The position numbers and the translations under genes are program-made. A stretch of DNA of 64,000 bases from Glycocaulis sp. GTDB taxonomy: Bacteria; Pseudomonadota; Alphaproteobacteria; Caulobacterales; Maricaulaceae. The stretch lies in assembly GCF_022565665.1 (NCBI RefSeq), contig NZ_JAIUMI010000013.1. One strand, written 5' to 3'. A model generated the notes under the pieces. It made no database searches, was not told the origin of the DNA, and worked only from the letters and a program-made list of their open reading frames with translations. Below are positions 43,194 through 52,535 of the stretch, piece after piece. Positions within the stretch are counted from its first letter, which is position 1; each line of letters starts with the position of its first letter.

Positions 43194-44702
43194 TTGAGCT
43201 TTTCGCACCATGGCGGTCCGGTCCGCGCCGAAGCAGTAGCCGACAGCTTCGAGCCGGCGCGTTCGGCCGCTGAAGCCGTGGACCGGCTGTCCGCACTCTA
43301 TACCCGGGCGGTAGAGGCGCTGCGCTCGGCATTGAAGATCTATCTTGATGGTGGCCCGCCGCCGTCGGGTTCGGCGCGCGCCGCAGGCATGTTCGCCTAT
43401 CCCGAGCTGCGCATCACCTATCTGCCGGACGGGCCAGTGCCGCCTCTGAGCCGGGCCTATGGCAAGTTCTCCGAAAGCGGGATCTACACCCAGACCGTCA
43501 CCCACCCCGAGCTGTTTCGCGAGTATCTGACCGAGCAGATATCACTCCTTCAGGGCGAATATGACGTGCTGGTGGAGACCGGTGTGTCCACGCAGGAAAT
43601 ACCGTTCTCCTACGTGCTTGATGGTGCGCAGGAGCTGGATATGGACGGTGCCGCACCGGCCGAACTGGTGCGCCATTTCCCCTATGCTGACCTCAGCCAG
43701 ATCGATGACGCCCTGCCCAATGGCGAGCGGCCCTCGCTGCCGCGCCAGCCGCGCCCGCTTTCGCTGTTTGACGGCGCGCGCACCGATTATTCGCTTCAGC
43801 GCATCCGCCATTATACCGGCACGCCATTTGAGGATGTGCAGGGCTTCATCCTGTTCACCAACTACCACCGCTATGTCGATGCGTTCGTGGCGTGGGCGGC
43901 TGAACAACTCAAAGCCGATGGACCGTACGAGTCGCTTTCGGCGGCAGGTTTCGTTCATGTGGATGCCAATACCGATGATCCGGTCAGCGTGGTGGAAAGC
44001 GCGCCCTGGCGGCGCTTCCAGATGCCGGCCTATCACCTGAAAGCGCCAGGCCGGCGCGGCATCACGCTGGTCAATATCGGGGTGGGCCCGTCCAACGCGA
44101 AGAACATCACCGATCACCTCGCCGTGCTGCGGCCCGAATGCTGGCTGATGATCGGCCATTGCGGCGGGCTCCGCCATTCCCAGCGGCTGGGCGACTATGT
44201 GCTCGCCCACGCCTATCTGCGCTATGACGCGGTGCTGGACCGGGACTTGCCGGTGGAAATTCCGATCCCGGCCATCGCGGAAATCCAGATCGCGCTTCAA
44301 GATGCCGTGAAGCGGGTGTCGGGTGACAAGGGCGAGGCACTAAAGCGGCGCCTGCGCACCGGCACCGTCGTCACCCATGCCGACCGGAACTGGGAGCTGC
44401 GCTATCTGCAGGAGGCCCGGCGCATCAACCAGTCGCGCTCCATTGCGGTCGACATGGAAAGCGCGACGATCGCCGCCAATGGTTTCCGCCTGCGCGTGCC
44501 ATACGGGACGCTGCTGTGCGTTTCCGACAAGCCGCTGCATGGCGAGCTGAAACTGCCCGGTGCTGCTAACCGCTTCTACAACAAGGCCGTCTCCGAACAC
44601 CTTATGGCGGGGATCGAGACTATCGAGATCCTCAAGGCGGCAGGCTCGGAAGCCCTGCATTCGCGCAAGCTCAGAAGTTTTGACGAGCCGCCTTTCCGCT
44701 AG
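43194..44702 (+). CDS. amn: AMP nucleosidase
   Basis: Full-length colinearity with E. coli Amn: N-terminal regulatory domain LSALYTRAVEALR, catalytic GVGPSNAKNITDHLAVLRP, DMESATIAA, C-terminal HSRKLRSFDEPPFR. TTG is the only start before the conserved N-terminal helix. Confidence 0.9.
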   Translation: MSFSHHGGPVRAEAVADSFEPARSAAEAVDRLSALYTRAVEALRSALKIYLDGGPPPSGSARAAGMFAYPELRITYLPDGPVPPLSRAYGKFSESGIYTQTVTHPELFREYLTEQISLLQGEYDVLVETGVSTQEIPFSYVLDGAQELDMDGAAPAELVRHFPYADLSQIDDALPNGERPSLPRQPRPLSLFDGARTDYSLQRIRHYTGTPFEDVQGFILFTNYHRYVDAFVAWAAEQLKADGPYESLSAAGFVHVDANTDDPVSVVESAPWRRFQMPAYHLKAPGRRGITLVNIGVGPSNAKNITDHLAVLRPECWLMIGHCGGLRHSQRLGDYVLAHAYLRYDAVLDRDLPVEIPIPAIAEIQIALQDAVKRVSGDKGEALKRRLRTGTVVTHADRNWELRYLQEARRINQSRSIAVDMESATIAANGFRLRVPYGTLLCVSDKPLHGELKLPGAANRFYNKAVSEHLMAGIETIEILKAAGSEALHSRKLRSFDEPPFR

Positions 44703-44717
44703 GCGCGTGTTTCGGGG

Positions 44718-46784
44718 TCAGGCCCGTCTGGCCGGGGCGGAGGCGGCCGGTGCTGCCCCGCTCACCTCGATACGTGTGCCCAGCCGGTTCACTACGTCTT
44801 TCGGCGCCGGACGGCCGAGCAGATAGCCCTGGCCCTCATCGCAGTGTTCGAGACGCAGGAGCTCCAGCTGCTCCACCGTCTCGATGCCCTCGGCCAGCAC
44901 AGGGATGCCAAGGCTCTTGGCCAGCGCCAGCACGGCGCGCACTACCGCGAGCGAGCGCTGGTCGGTTTTCAGTTCGTCGGTGAAGGACTTGTCCATCTTG
45001 ATCTTGTCGAAGGGGAAGGCGCGCAGCGTATCCAGCGAGGAATAGCCGGTGCCGAAATCGTCCAGCGCGATGGATACGCCCAGCGCCTTGATTTGCCGCA
45101 TGATGTGCAGCGACTGGGCCTTGTCCTTGATCAGGGCGGTCTCGGTCAGCTCGATCTCCAGGCGGGCAGGCGGCAGGCCGGTTTCGATAAGCACCTGATG
45201 GATCTGCTGCGGCAGGCCGATATGGGTCAGCTGGATCGCTGACAGGTTGACGGCGACCTTCAGCCCCTCCGGCCAGGCAGCAGCATCAAGGCATGCCCGG
45301 CGCAGCACCCAGTCACCGAGCTGCAGAATCAGGCCGTTGGCCTCGGCCAGCGGAATGAACTGCACAGGCGGGATATTGCCCCGCACAGGGTGCCTCCAGC
45401 GCAGGAGCGCCTCATAGCCGCGTATCTCGCCTGTCTCGATGGAGGTCTGGACCTGATAGTGCAGGCTCAGCTCATTGTTCTCGATGGCCTGACGCAGATC
45501 GTGTGCAAGCGCCCGGCGTTCCCGTACGGCGTCGCCAAGTTCGGAATTGTAAAAGCAGATCGTGGTGAGCGGGTCTGCCTTGGCCTTGTACATGGCCAGG
45601 TCAGCATTGCGCACCAGCGTGTCACGCACCTCGCCATCGCGCGGATAGATGGCCACGCCGATACTGGCGCCGGCGGTTGCTTCCAGCGCGCCGCACTGGA
45701 CCGGCTGGTTGAATTCGCCTTCCAGCGCCTGCACCAGATCCTGCAGTTCGCGCTCATCGCCGGTCTTCAGGATCATGCAGAACTCGTCACCGCCAAGGCG
45801 CGCGGCGAAATGGCGGCCGCCATCAAACTTGCGCAGCCGCTCGGCCAGCGCGATAAGCACCTGATCGCCCGCCGCATGGCCCCAGCTGTCATTGATTTCC
45901 TTGAACCGGTTGAGATCGATGGCTGCAACGGCGGTTTCACCGGCCTGCGGCCCGTCAAGGCGCGCATCAAGGCGGGCATAGAAGCTGGTGCGGTTGGGCA
46001 GGCTGGTCAGCGGATCGTGCAGCGCCATGTGGCGCAGCTTGTCTTCCGACGCTTCGCGCATGCGCTGCTCGATCAGGTAGGTCGCGACGCCCGTTCCCAG
46101 GATCAGGAAGCCCGCAATGGCCACTGCAATCGCCATGGCGGTGAAGGCGGGGCTTTGAGCGCCGGGCTCGATACCGGCCAGCGGCTCGACCAGGAAGGCG
46201 GCCATGCCGGTGAAATGCAGCGAGACAATGCCCGCGACCAGCAGGAAGGCAGGCACCATGGCGCGCCAGCCGCCATTCCAGTTGGGCGCTACGTAGAGCG
46301 CGGCCGCGCCGAAAGCCACTGAAAGGATGAGCGAGGCTGCAATGTAATTCATGTCCCAGGTGACGATCCCGTCCACCCGGTAGGCAAACATGCCGGTGAA
46401 GTGCATGGCCGCGACGGTCAGGCCGAACGCCGCTCCGCCCAGCGCCTGCATGATGCGTGAGCGGTGGATGCCCGCAATCAGGAAGGCCGCGCCGCTGCCG
46501 GCGATGGCGATCAGGCCGGACGCGATGGTGAGGCCGGAATCCAGACGGACCGGCACACCAGGCTCATAACCCAGCATGGCGATGAAATGCGTTGTCCAGA
46601 TGGCAGAGCCCGCACACACGGCGGCCAGGAAGGCCCAGCCCAGCCGGGCAGACCCTTGCGCGCTGACGACCAGCCGGTAGAGCCGGATCGTGATCGTTGC
46701 GCCCACCACGCACATGATCGCAGCCAGGAGCACAAACCACAGATTATGCTCTGTGAAGAGACAGGTTATTACGCGCATCACCAT
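44718..46784 (-). CDS. MHYT-GGDEF-EAL signalling protein (c-di-GMP turnover)
   Basis: Three MHYT-type repeats (THFIAMLGY, MHFTGMFAY, LHFTGMAAF). Intact GGDEF (RLGGDEFCM). Intact EAL (YEALLRW). Start uncertain: ATG at 46784 or 46778, TTG at 46817. Confidence 0.88.
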   Translation of the reverse strand: MVMRVITCLFTEHNLWFVLLAAIMCVVGATITIRLYRLVVSAQGSARLGWAFLAAVCAGSAIWTTHFIAMLGYEPGVPVRLDSGLTIASGLIAIAGSGAAFLIAGIHRSRIMQALGGAAFGLTVAAMHFTGMFAYRVDGIVTWDMNYIAASLILSVAFGAAALYVAPNWNGGWRAMVPAFLLVAGIVSLHFTGMAAFLVEPLAGIEPGAQSPAFTAMAIAVAIAGFLILGTGVATYLIEQRMREASEDKLRHMALHDPLTSLPNRTSFYARLDARLDGPQAGETAVAAIDLNRFKEINDSWGHAAGDQVLIALAERLRKFDGGRHFAARLGGDEFCMILKTGDERELQDLVQALEGEFNQPVQCGALEATAGASIGVAIYPRDGEVRDTLVRNADLAMYKAKADPLTTICFYNSELGDAVRERRALAHDLRQAIENNELSLHYQVQTSIETGEIRGYEALLRWRHPVRGNIPPVQFIPLAEANGLILQLGDWVLRRACLDAAAWPEGLKVAVNLSAIQLTHIGLPQQIHQVLIETGLPPARLEIELTETALIKDKAQSLHIMRQIKALGVSIALDDFGTGYSSLDTLRAFPFDKIKMDKSFTDELKTDQRSLAVVRAVLALAKSLGIPVLAEGIETVEQLELLRLEHCDEGQGYLLGRPAPKDVVNRLGTRIEVSGAAPAASAPARRA

Positions 46785-46902
46785 CCACCGGTTCGCGGCC
46801 CTTTGCGGGTTTTTCAAGGTGATACCGGTTTCCGGTTAACATTCCCTGTTCATACAAATATGCAGGCTTGCCCGGCGGGCGGCCGCGCAGTAGGTCAGGG
46901 TC

Positions 46903-47679
46903 ATGAGCGATCGTGTCCTTCCCCTTCAGGGGGTTCATAATTTCCGCCGCTTTGGCGACCTGCCCACAACAGATGGCGGGCGGGTACGCTCCGGCCTCTA
47001 TCGGTCCGGGCAGTTCTCGCGTGCGACACCAGCTGATCTCGACGCAATGGACGGTCTGGGCATCAAGGTGGTGGCCGATCTCAGACGTCCCCGCGAACGC
47101 GAAATGGAGCCCTCGCACTGGCCGGAGCGTGCAGGCGTTACGGTGCTGGCGAGCGATCATGCGGGCTCTGCCGAGCCGCCCCACCTTGTGTTCCTGCGCG
47201 ATAACGAACTGACGGAAAAATCCATCCGCGGCTTCATGACCGACATCTATCGCGAGCTGCCGTTCGATCCCGGCAATCAGTGGGTTTTCGCACAAGGCTT
47301 CCGGGCGCTCGCTGACGCCGAACCCGATCATGGCTTCATCGTGCACTGCGCAGCCGGCAAGGACCGGACAGGCCTGTTCTGCGCCTTCCTGCTGACCGAG
47401 CTCGGCGTGGATGAAGAGGCGGTACGCGCTGACTATCTGATGACCAATACGGCGGTGAATTTCGAACGCATCATTCCGGCCATCGCCAAACGCCTCAAGG
47501 ATGAGCTGGGCAAGGACGCTGGTGAGGCGGAGCTGCGCGCCTTTCTGGGCGTGGATACGGCCTATTACGATGCCGCCATGGAAGCGGTCGGCGATCCGCG
47601 CGTCTATCTGCGTGAGGAACTGGGACTGGACGAGGACACGCTGGCCCGCCTGCGCGAGCGCTTGCGCGACGCGTGGTGA
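46903..47679 (+). CDS. protein-tyrosine phosphatase-like protein (Y_phosphatase3 family)
   Basis: CX5R signature HCAAGKDRTG. Confidence 0.8.
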   Translation: MSDRVLPLQGVHNFRRFGDLPTTDGGRVRSGLYRSGQFSRATPADLDAMDGLGIKVVADLRRPREREMEPSHWPERAGVTVLASDHAGSAEPPHLVFLRDNELTEKSIRGFMTDIYRELPFDPGNQWVFAQGFRALADAEPDHGFIVHCAAGKDRTGLFCAFLLTELGVDEEAVRADYLMTNTAVNFERIIPAIAKRLKDELGKDAGEAELRAFLGVDTAYYDAAMEAVGDPRVYLREELGLDEDTLARLRERLRDAW

Positions 47680-49001
47680 ACGCCATGCCGGCGGTGCGGT
47701 CCGGCGGGCCTGAACGGGCGCTGGACTGGCGCTCGCCTGAGGACCTGCTGTGCCGTATCGCGCATCTGCCGATGAGCCTGGCTTTGCTGGGCGGCGGGGC
47801 AGGCGCGCGGGGCCGCTACAGCTATCTTGCAGCCTTTCCCTCTCTTGTGATCGACCGGCCGGGCAATGGTGATCCGCTTGCGCCGCTGCGCGCGGCGCTT
47901 CGCGCCGGCCGGACAGGCTGGCTGGGCGGGCTGTTCGGCTATGAGCTGGCGGGCCGGTTCGAGACGGTGCCGGAAACGGCCCGCACCCTCACGCGCTGGC
48001 CGGAGCTGGCGCTCGGCTTTTACGAGGCTGTGGCGGTCTTCGATCATCAGACCCGCACCCTGCGCGTGGAAGGCCCGCCAGAGGCCGCAGAACGCCTCTA
48101 CAGCGCCTTGAGCGCGCCGGAGGCTTCAGAGCCTGCCGCGGCGCTGGAGCGGCCTCTGGAGCCGATCTGGAGCGATTCACGCTATATGACCGCTGCGGCC
48201 CGCGCCCGCGATTATGTGCGCGCTGGCGATGTGTTCCAGGTCAATCTTTCCCACCGCTTTACGGCAAGGCTGTCCGGCGATGAGGCACCGCTGGCCGTGT
48301 TCCGGCGGCTGGCCAAGGACAGCCCTGCGCCTTTTGCGGCCTGGCTGCGCCTTGACGCGGACCGGGTGGTGATCACCAACTCGCCTGAGCGCTTCGTCTC
48401 CCTGTCGCCGGCCGGGACGGTGGAGCCCCGGCCCATCAAGGGTACACGCCCGCGCGGGGCAACGCCGGAGGAGGACAAGCAGCTGGCCGCAGAGCTGGCC
48501 GCCTCTGCCAAGGACCGCGCGGAAAACCTGATGATCGTGGACCTGATGCGCAATGATCTGTCGCGCGTATGCGCCAGCGGCAGCGTGAAAGTGCCTGAGC
48601 TCTTCACCGTGGAAAGCTTTGCCAATGTTCATCACCTGGTCTCCTCGGTAACAGGACAGCTGGCGCCCGGGCGCAGTGTGGCAGACCTTATTGGGGCGAG
48701 CTTCCCGCCTGGATCGATCACCGGCGCGCCAAAGGTCAGGGCCATGGAGATCATTGCCGAGCTGGAAGGCGAGGCACGCGGCCCCTATTGCGGTGCGATG
48801 GGCTGGATCGGACCGGATGGCCAGGCCGATTTCAACGTCATGATCCGCACCGCCGCCTTCGTGCGGGATGGCGAGGGCTGGGAGGTGCAGGCGCGCTCCG
48901 GCGGCGCGATCACCATTGATAGCGAGCCGGCAGACGAGCTGGCAGAGACCCATGCCAAGATCGCCATGCTCAAGCGCGCCATCGAAGGGGTAGGGACATG
49001 A
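47673..49001 (+). CDS. pabB: aminodeoxychorismate synthase component I
   Basis: Chorismate-binding motifs SPERFV, PIKGTRPRG, GGAITIDS. About 440 aa without a GATase domain. Start is GTG 47673 or ATG 47685. Confidence 0.82.
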   Translation: MVNAMPAVRSGGPERALDWRSPEDLLCRIAHLPMSLALLGGGAGARGRYSYLAAFPSLVIDRPGNGDPLAPLRAALRAGRTGWLGGLFGYELAGRFETVPETARTLTRWPELALGFYEAVAVFDHQTRTLRVEGPPEAAERLYSALSAPEASEPAAALERPLEPIWSDSRYMTAAARARDYVRAGDVFQVNLSHRFTARLSGDEAPLAVFRRLAKDSPAPFAAWLRLDADRVVITNSPERFVSLSPAGTVEPRPIKGTRPRGATPEEDKQLAAELAASAKDRAENLMIVDLMRNDLSRVCASGSVKVPELFTVESFANVHHLVSSVTGQLAPGRSVADLIGASFPPGSITGAPKVRAMEIIAELEGEARGPYCGAMGWIGPDGQADFNVMIRTAAFVRDGEGWEVQARSGGAITIDSEPADELAETHAKIAMLKRAIEGVGT

Positions 49002-49816
49002 CGCTCTGGCTCGATGGCGCCTATCTCGACCCGGCCGATGCCAGTGTAAACGTCGCTGACCGGGGCTTCCTTCTGGGTGATGGACTGTTTGAAACCATGC
49101 GGTTTGAAGCGGGCGTGTTGCGCCGCTGGGCGCGCCACGAAAAGCGCCTGACAAACGGTCTCGACGCGCTGGGTGTCGCGGCTGACCTGCCATCTGACAT
49201 TCCGGCTCTGGCCGCAGACCTGGCCAGTCGTAACGGGCTGGACCGCGCCGTGATCCGCCTCACGGTTACGCGCGGAAGCGGCGGGCGCGGGCTGGACGGT
49301 ATGTCCGGGACAAAGCCGTGCGTTCTGATGACGGCGGGCGCATTGCCGGAGCGGTCTGCGCCAGCGCTCGTTCTGGTCAATGCGCCGCGCCGGGCGCCGC
49401 TGACACTCGCCGCCCATTTCAAGATGATCGGCTATGGCGACAATGTCTTCGCCCGGCGCGAGGCGCGCGCGAAGGGAGGCGACATGGCCGTAATGCTGTC
49501 GCCCGACGGCCATGTGGCGTGCGCGGACAGCGCCAATCTCTTCTGGGTGACCGGCCGCACGGTGTTCACGCCGTCGCGGGATACTGGCGCGCTGAATGGC
49601 ACCACACGCGCGGCCATTCTCGATGAATGCGCCCGGCGGAATCTGCATATCGAGGAAGACGCACTCCGCCCGGAATCGCTGGCCTCGGCCGAAGCCGTCC
49701 TGGTCACCAATGCGCTCTGGGGCGTCATGCTTGCGGCCTCGCTCGACGGGCGGACGCTGAAGCGCGAACACGCACTGGTGCGCCTCATACAGGCCATCGA
49801 AAGCGAAGCAGAGTAG
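48998..49816 (+). CDS. pabC: aminodeoxychorismate lyase (class IV aminotransferase fold)
   Basis: GLFETMR and RGSGGRGL motifs. ATGA overlap with pabB. Confidence 0.75.
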   Translation: MTLWLDGAYLDPADASVNVADRGFLLGDGLFETMRFEAGVLRRWARHEKRLTNGLDALGVAADLPSDIPALAADLASRNGLDRAVIRLTVTRGSGGRGLDGMSGTKPCVLMTAGALPERSAPALVLVNAPRRAPLTLAAHFKMIGYGDNVFARREARAKGGDMAVMLSPDGHVACADSANLFWVTGRTVFTPSRDTGALNGTTRAAILDECARRNLHIEEDALRPESLASAEAVLVTNALWGVMLAASLDGRTLKREHALVRLIQAIESEAE

Positions 49817-49826
49817 GGACTGAGCG

Positions 49827-50702
49827 ATGGCAGTAAACCAGCCCGGGACACGCCGCTTTGCCCTGCCTGACGGGGAGATGGCCGCTCTTGTCTGGGAGAA
49901 GCCCGGCGCAACGCGGCTCGTCTTCCTGCATGGCAATGGCTTCAATGCGCGTTCAGGCGTAAAAATGCTGGAGCGACTGGCTGACCGGTACGAGATCATC
50001 GCGCCCGACCTGCGCGGGCATGGCGCGACAACCCTGCCCGCCGATCCGGCCACGCATCGCAGCTGGCATGTCTATGGGCGCGACATCGTCGGCATGCTGG
50101 ATCAGCTCGATGCGCGCCCGTTTGTGCTCGGTGGTCACTCCATGGGCGGGGTGACGGCGCTGCTGACAGCGGAGAAGCTTGAGACCAAGCCTCTGGGCCT
50201 TGCCCTCATTGATCCGGTGATCCTGCCCGGCGGCTTCTACGCGCTCAATCACACGCCGTTCTGGCATCTGGCCTGGAAACGCTTCCCGCTGGTGCAGGGC
50301 GCGCTGCGGCGGGGCAATTTCTGGCCGGATGTGGAGGCGGTGAAGGCGCGCTATGTGTCCCGACCGCCCTTTTCCTACTGGGCGGAGGGCGTGCTGGACG
50401 ATTATCTCGCCGACGGTCTGAAACCCGTTGAGGGCGGTGTCACGCTCAGCTGCGATCCGGCGTGGGAAGCGGCCAATTATGCCTCGCACCGCCACAACCC
50501 TGTCAGGGCCGCTGCGCGCTGCGGAGTGCCAGTGCGGGTGCTGAAGGCCGAGAAGGCCTCCACCGTGCGCGATGTGGCGGGGCTGACCCGGGCGGGCGCC
50601 GTGATTACGCCTCTGCCGGGCCATTCCCACCTCGCCCCGATGGAAAACCCGGTGGCGTGCGCGGACTGGATTGCGGGCGTGGTGGAGGGGTTTGGGGGTT
50701 AG
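49827..50702 (+). CDS. alpha/beta hydrolase
   Basis: LHGNGFNA, nucleophile elbow GHSMGG. Confidence 0.8.
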   Translation: MAVNQPGTRRFALPDGEMAALVWEKPGATRLVFLHGNGFNARSGVKMLERLADRYEIIAPDLRGHGATTLPADPATHRSWHVYGRDIVGMLDQLDARPFVLGGHSMGGVTALLTAEKLETKPLGLALIDPVILPGGFYALNHTPFWHLAWKRFPLVQGALRRGNFWPDVEAVKARYVSRPPFSYWAEGVLDDYLADGLKPVEGGVTLSCDPAWEAANYASHRHNPVRAAARCGVPVRVLKAEKASTVRDVAGLTRAGAVITPLPGHSHLAPMENPVACADWIAGVVEGFGG

Positions 50703-50721
50703 CGCAAACCAACGCGTTTCA

Positions 50722-50770
50722 CCGGCGCAAGCCGGTGCCCAGTCAAACTCTGGATCCCGGCTTGCGCCGG
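50722..50770. repeat. REP-like hairpin between convergent genes
   Basis: Perfect 14-bp inverted repeat CCGGCGCAAGCCGG / CCGGCTTGCGCCGG with a 21-nt loop. Confidence 0.65.
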
Positions 50771-50809
50771 GAAAACGCCTTTAGGTGAAAGCGCGAAACA
50801 GCCCGCCCC

Positions 50810-50998
50810 CTACCTCGCCTTCGCCTCATAGGCGGCGCGGCGTTGGTCAAGCACCGGCTTTACCGCCTCACGCTCGGAACCGCTCATTTTCGTCCAGCGG
50901 CCGAGCTCTTCCATATTGCGGAAACAGCCCACGCAAAGCCCTTCGCGCGGGTCGACAAAGCATACCTTGATGCAGGGGCTCCAGATGGGGGCGGTCAT
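50810..50998 (-). CDS. DUF1289 domain protein (small Cys-rich)
   Basis: SPCIKVC...GLCVGCFR motif typical of DUF1289. Confidence 0.75.
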   Translation of the reverse strand: MTAPIWSPCIKVCFVDPREGLCVGCFRNMEELGRWTKMSGSEREAVKPVLDQRRAAYEAKAR

Positions 50999-51132
50999 GG
51001 CGTTTTCTAGGCATAGCTGCGCCGCTGCCGCAATGCTTCCCCTTTGTCTGCACCCTGCCTATTGTGCGTTAATGTCTGGCGGGCTAGCACCCGCGCTCTC
51101 AAGCCAACATGCCTGCCGTCCGGGGGAATTTC

Positions 51133-52413
51133 ATGGAAGATATGGGCCTGCAGCTGCGCAGCCTTCTGGGCGTGTTCGCCTTTGTTGCCATCGCCTGGGC
51201 GCTCGGCCCGCGCAAGATGCCCCCCTGGGTACTGATCCTTGGCGCGGTGCTGGTGCAGTTCGCGATTGCCTTTGCCCTTTATAGCTTTGCCCCGACGCGC
51301 GCCTTCCTTGCTTCGCTGACCGGCGTGGTGGAGGTGCTGCAGGCCGCCACCACGATGGGGACAAGCTTCGTCTTCGGCTATGTCGGCGGCGGGGAGGCAC
51401 CCTTCCTCATCAACCCGGACGCCAACGCCTCCACCTTCATCTTCGCGTTTCAGGCCCTGCCCATGGTGATCGTGCTCTCGGCGATCTCCGCGCTTTTGTG
51501 GCGCTGGCGGGTGCTGGAATTTGCCGTGCGTGGCTTTGCGCTGATGTTCCGGCGAATACTCAATCTTTCCGGCGCGGCGAGCCTTGGCGCGGCGGCGAAC
51601 ATCTTCCTCGGCATGACCGAGAGCCCGGTTCTGATCCGTCCGCGCCTGCCCACGATGAGCCGGTCTGACCTGTTTCTGATCATGACGGTGGGCTTCTCCA
51701 CTGTCGCGGGCTCGGTGATGGCGATCTATGTCAGCCAGCTCACCGGCATTGTCGCCGATGCGGCAGGCCACATCCTCACCGCCTCGCTGATCTCGGTGCC
51801 GGCCGCTGTGCTGCTTGCACGCCTGATGCACCCGCAGGACGAAACCGAGGAACAGGCGAGCAAGGAGAAGATCCCGGTCAATCTCTACCATTCGTCTATG
51901 GACGCGCTGACCACCGGCGTGTCGGACGGTGTGCGCCTGTTCGTGAACATCATCGCCATGCTGCTGGTGTTCACGGCCATTGTCGCGCTGATCAATTTCT
52001 CGCTGGCCGCAGCGGGTGACATCAATGGTGCGCCCATGTCGGTGGAGCGGGTGCTCGGCTGGCTGTTTGCGCCTCTGGTCTGGCTGGCGGGCATTCCGTG
52101 GGCCGAGGCCCAGACAGCCGGGTCCATCATGGGGCTGAAAACCGCGCTCAACGAGATTTTCGCCTATGACGCGCTGGCGGGCGCAGGCGATGATCTCTCC
52201 GCACGCTCGCGCCTGATCATGACCTATGCGGTGTGCGGCTTTGCCAATTTCTCGTCGGTCGGCATCCTGATCGGCGGCCTGATCGCGGTCGCGCCCTCGC
52301 GCCGGGCCGATATCCTGTCGCTGGCACCGCGCGCACTGATTTCCGGCACGCTGGCAACGCTGATGACCGGGGCCGTGATCGGTGCCCTGCCCGGCGGCCT
52401 GTTCGGGCTTTAG
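51133..52413 (+). CDS. nupC: NupC/NupG-family concentrative nucleoside transporter
   Basis: Polytopic. C-terminal CGFANFSSVGILIGGL motif. Start set to ATG 51133 (GGGGGA Shine-Dalgarno); the track ORF starts at 51109. Confidence 0.85.
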   Translation: MEDMGLQLRSLLGVFAFVAIAWALGPRKMPPWVLILGAVLVQFAIAFALYSFAPTRAFLASLTGVVEVLQAATTMGTSFVFGYVGGGEAPFLINPDANASTFIFAFQALPMVIVLSAISALLWRWRVLEFAVRGFALMFRRILNLSGAASLGAAANIFLGMTESPVLIRPRLPTMSRSDLFLIMTVGFSTVAGSVMAIYVSQLTGIVADAAGHILTASLISVPAAVLLARLMHPQDETEEQASKEKIPVNLYHSSMDALTTGVSDGVRLFVNIIAMLLVFTAIVALINFSLAAAGDINGAPMSVERVLGWLFAPLVWLAGIPWAEAQTAGSIMGLKTALNEIFAYDALAGAGDDLSARSRLIMTYAVCGFANFSSVGILIGGLIAVAPSRRADILSLAPRALISGTLATLMTGAVIGALPGGLFGL

Positions 52414-52419
52414 ATTGCG

Positions 52420-52530
52420 TTCTGTCATCCTCCGGCCGCGTAGCGGTCCGGGGGACCCATTCCTGCAACGATGCCGCTAACCTTCACCTCTCAGGCATGG
52501 GTGGCCCGGATAAACCGGGCCATGACAGAA
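52420..52530. repeat. 111-bp MITE/REP-like imperfect palindrome between convergent genes
   Basis: 9-bp terminal inverted repeat TTCTGTCAT / ATGACAGAA. Inner arms ..TCCGGGGGACCCAT.. / ..ATGGGTGGCCCGGA... The left arm is homologous to 42662-42706. Confidence 0.65.
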
Positions 52531-52535
52531 TGGCT

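Noticed and set aside
51007-52428. 473-aa ORF antisense to the nucleoside transporter
   Set aside because: It is highly charged (Arg/His/Asp/Gln-rich) and mirrors a hydrophobic transporter gene. No motifs are present.
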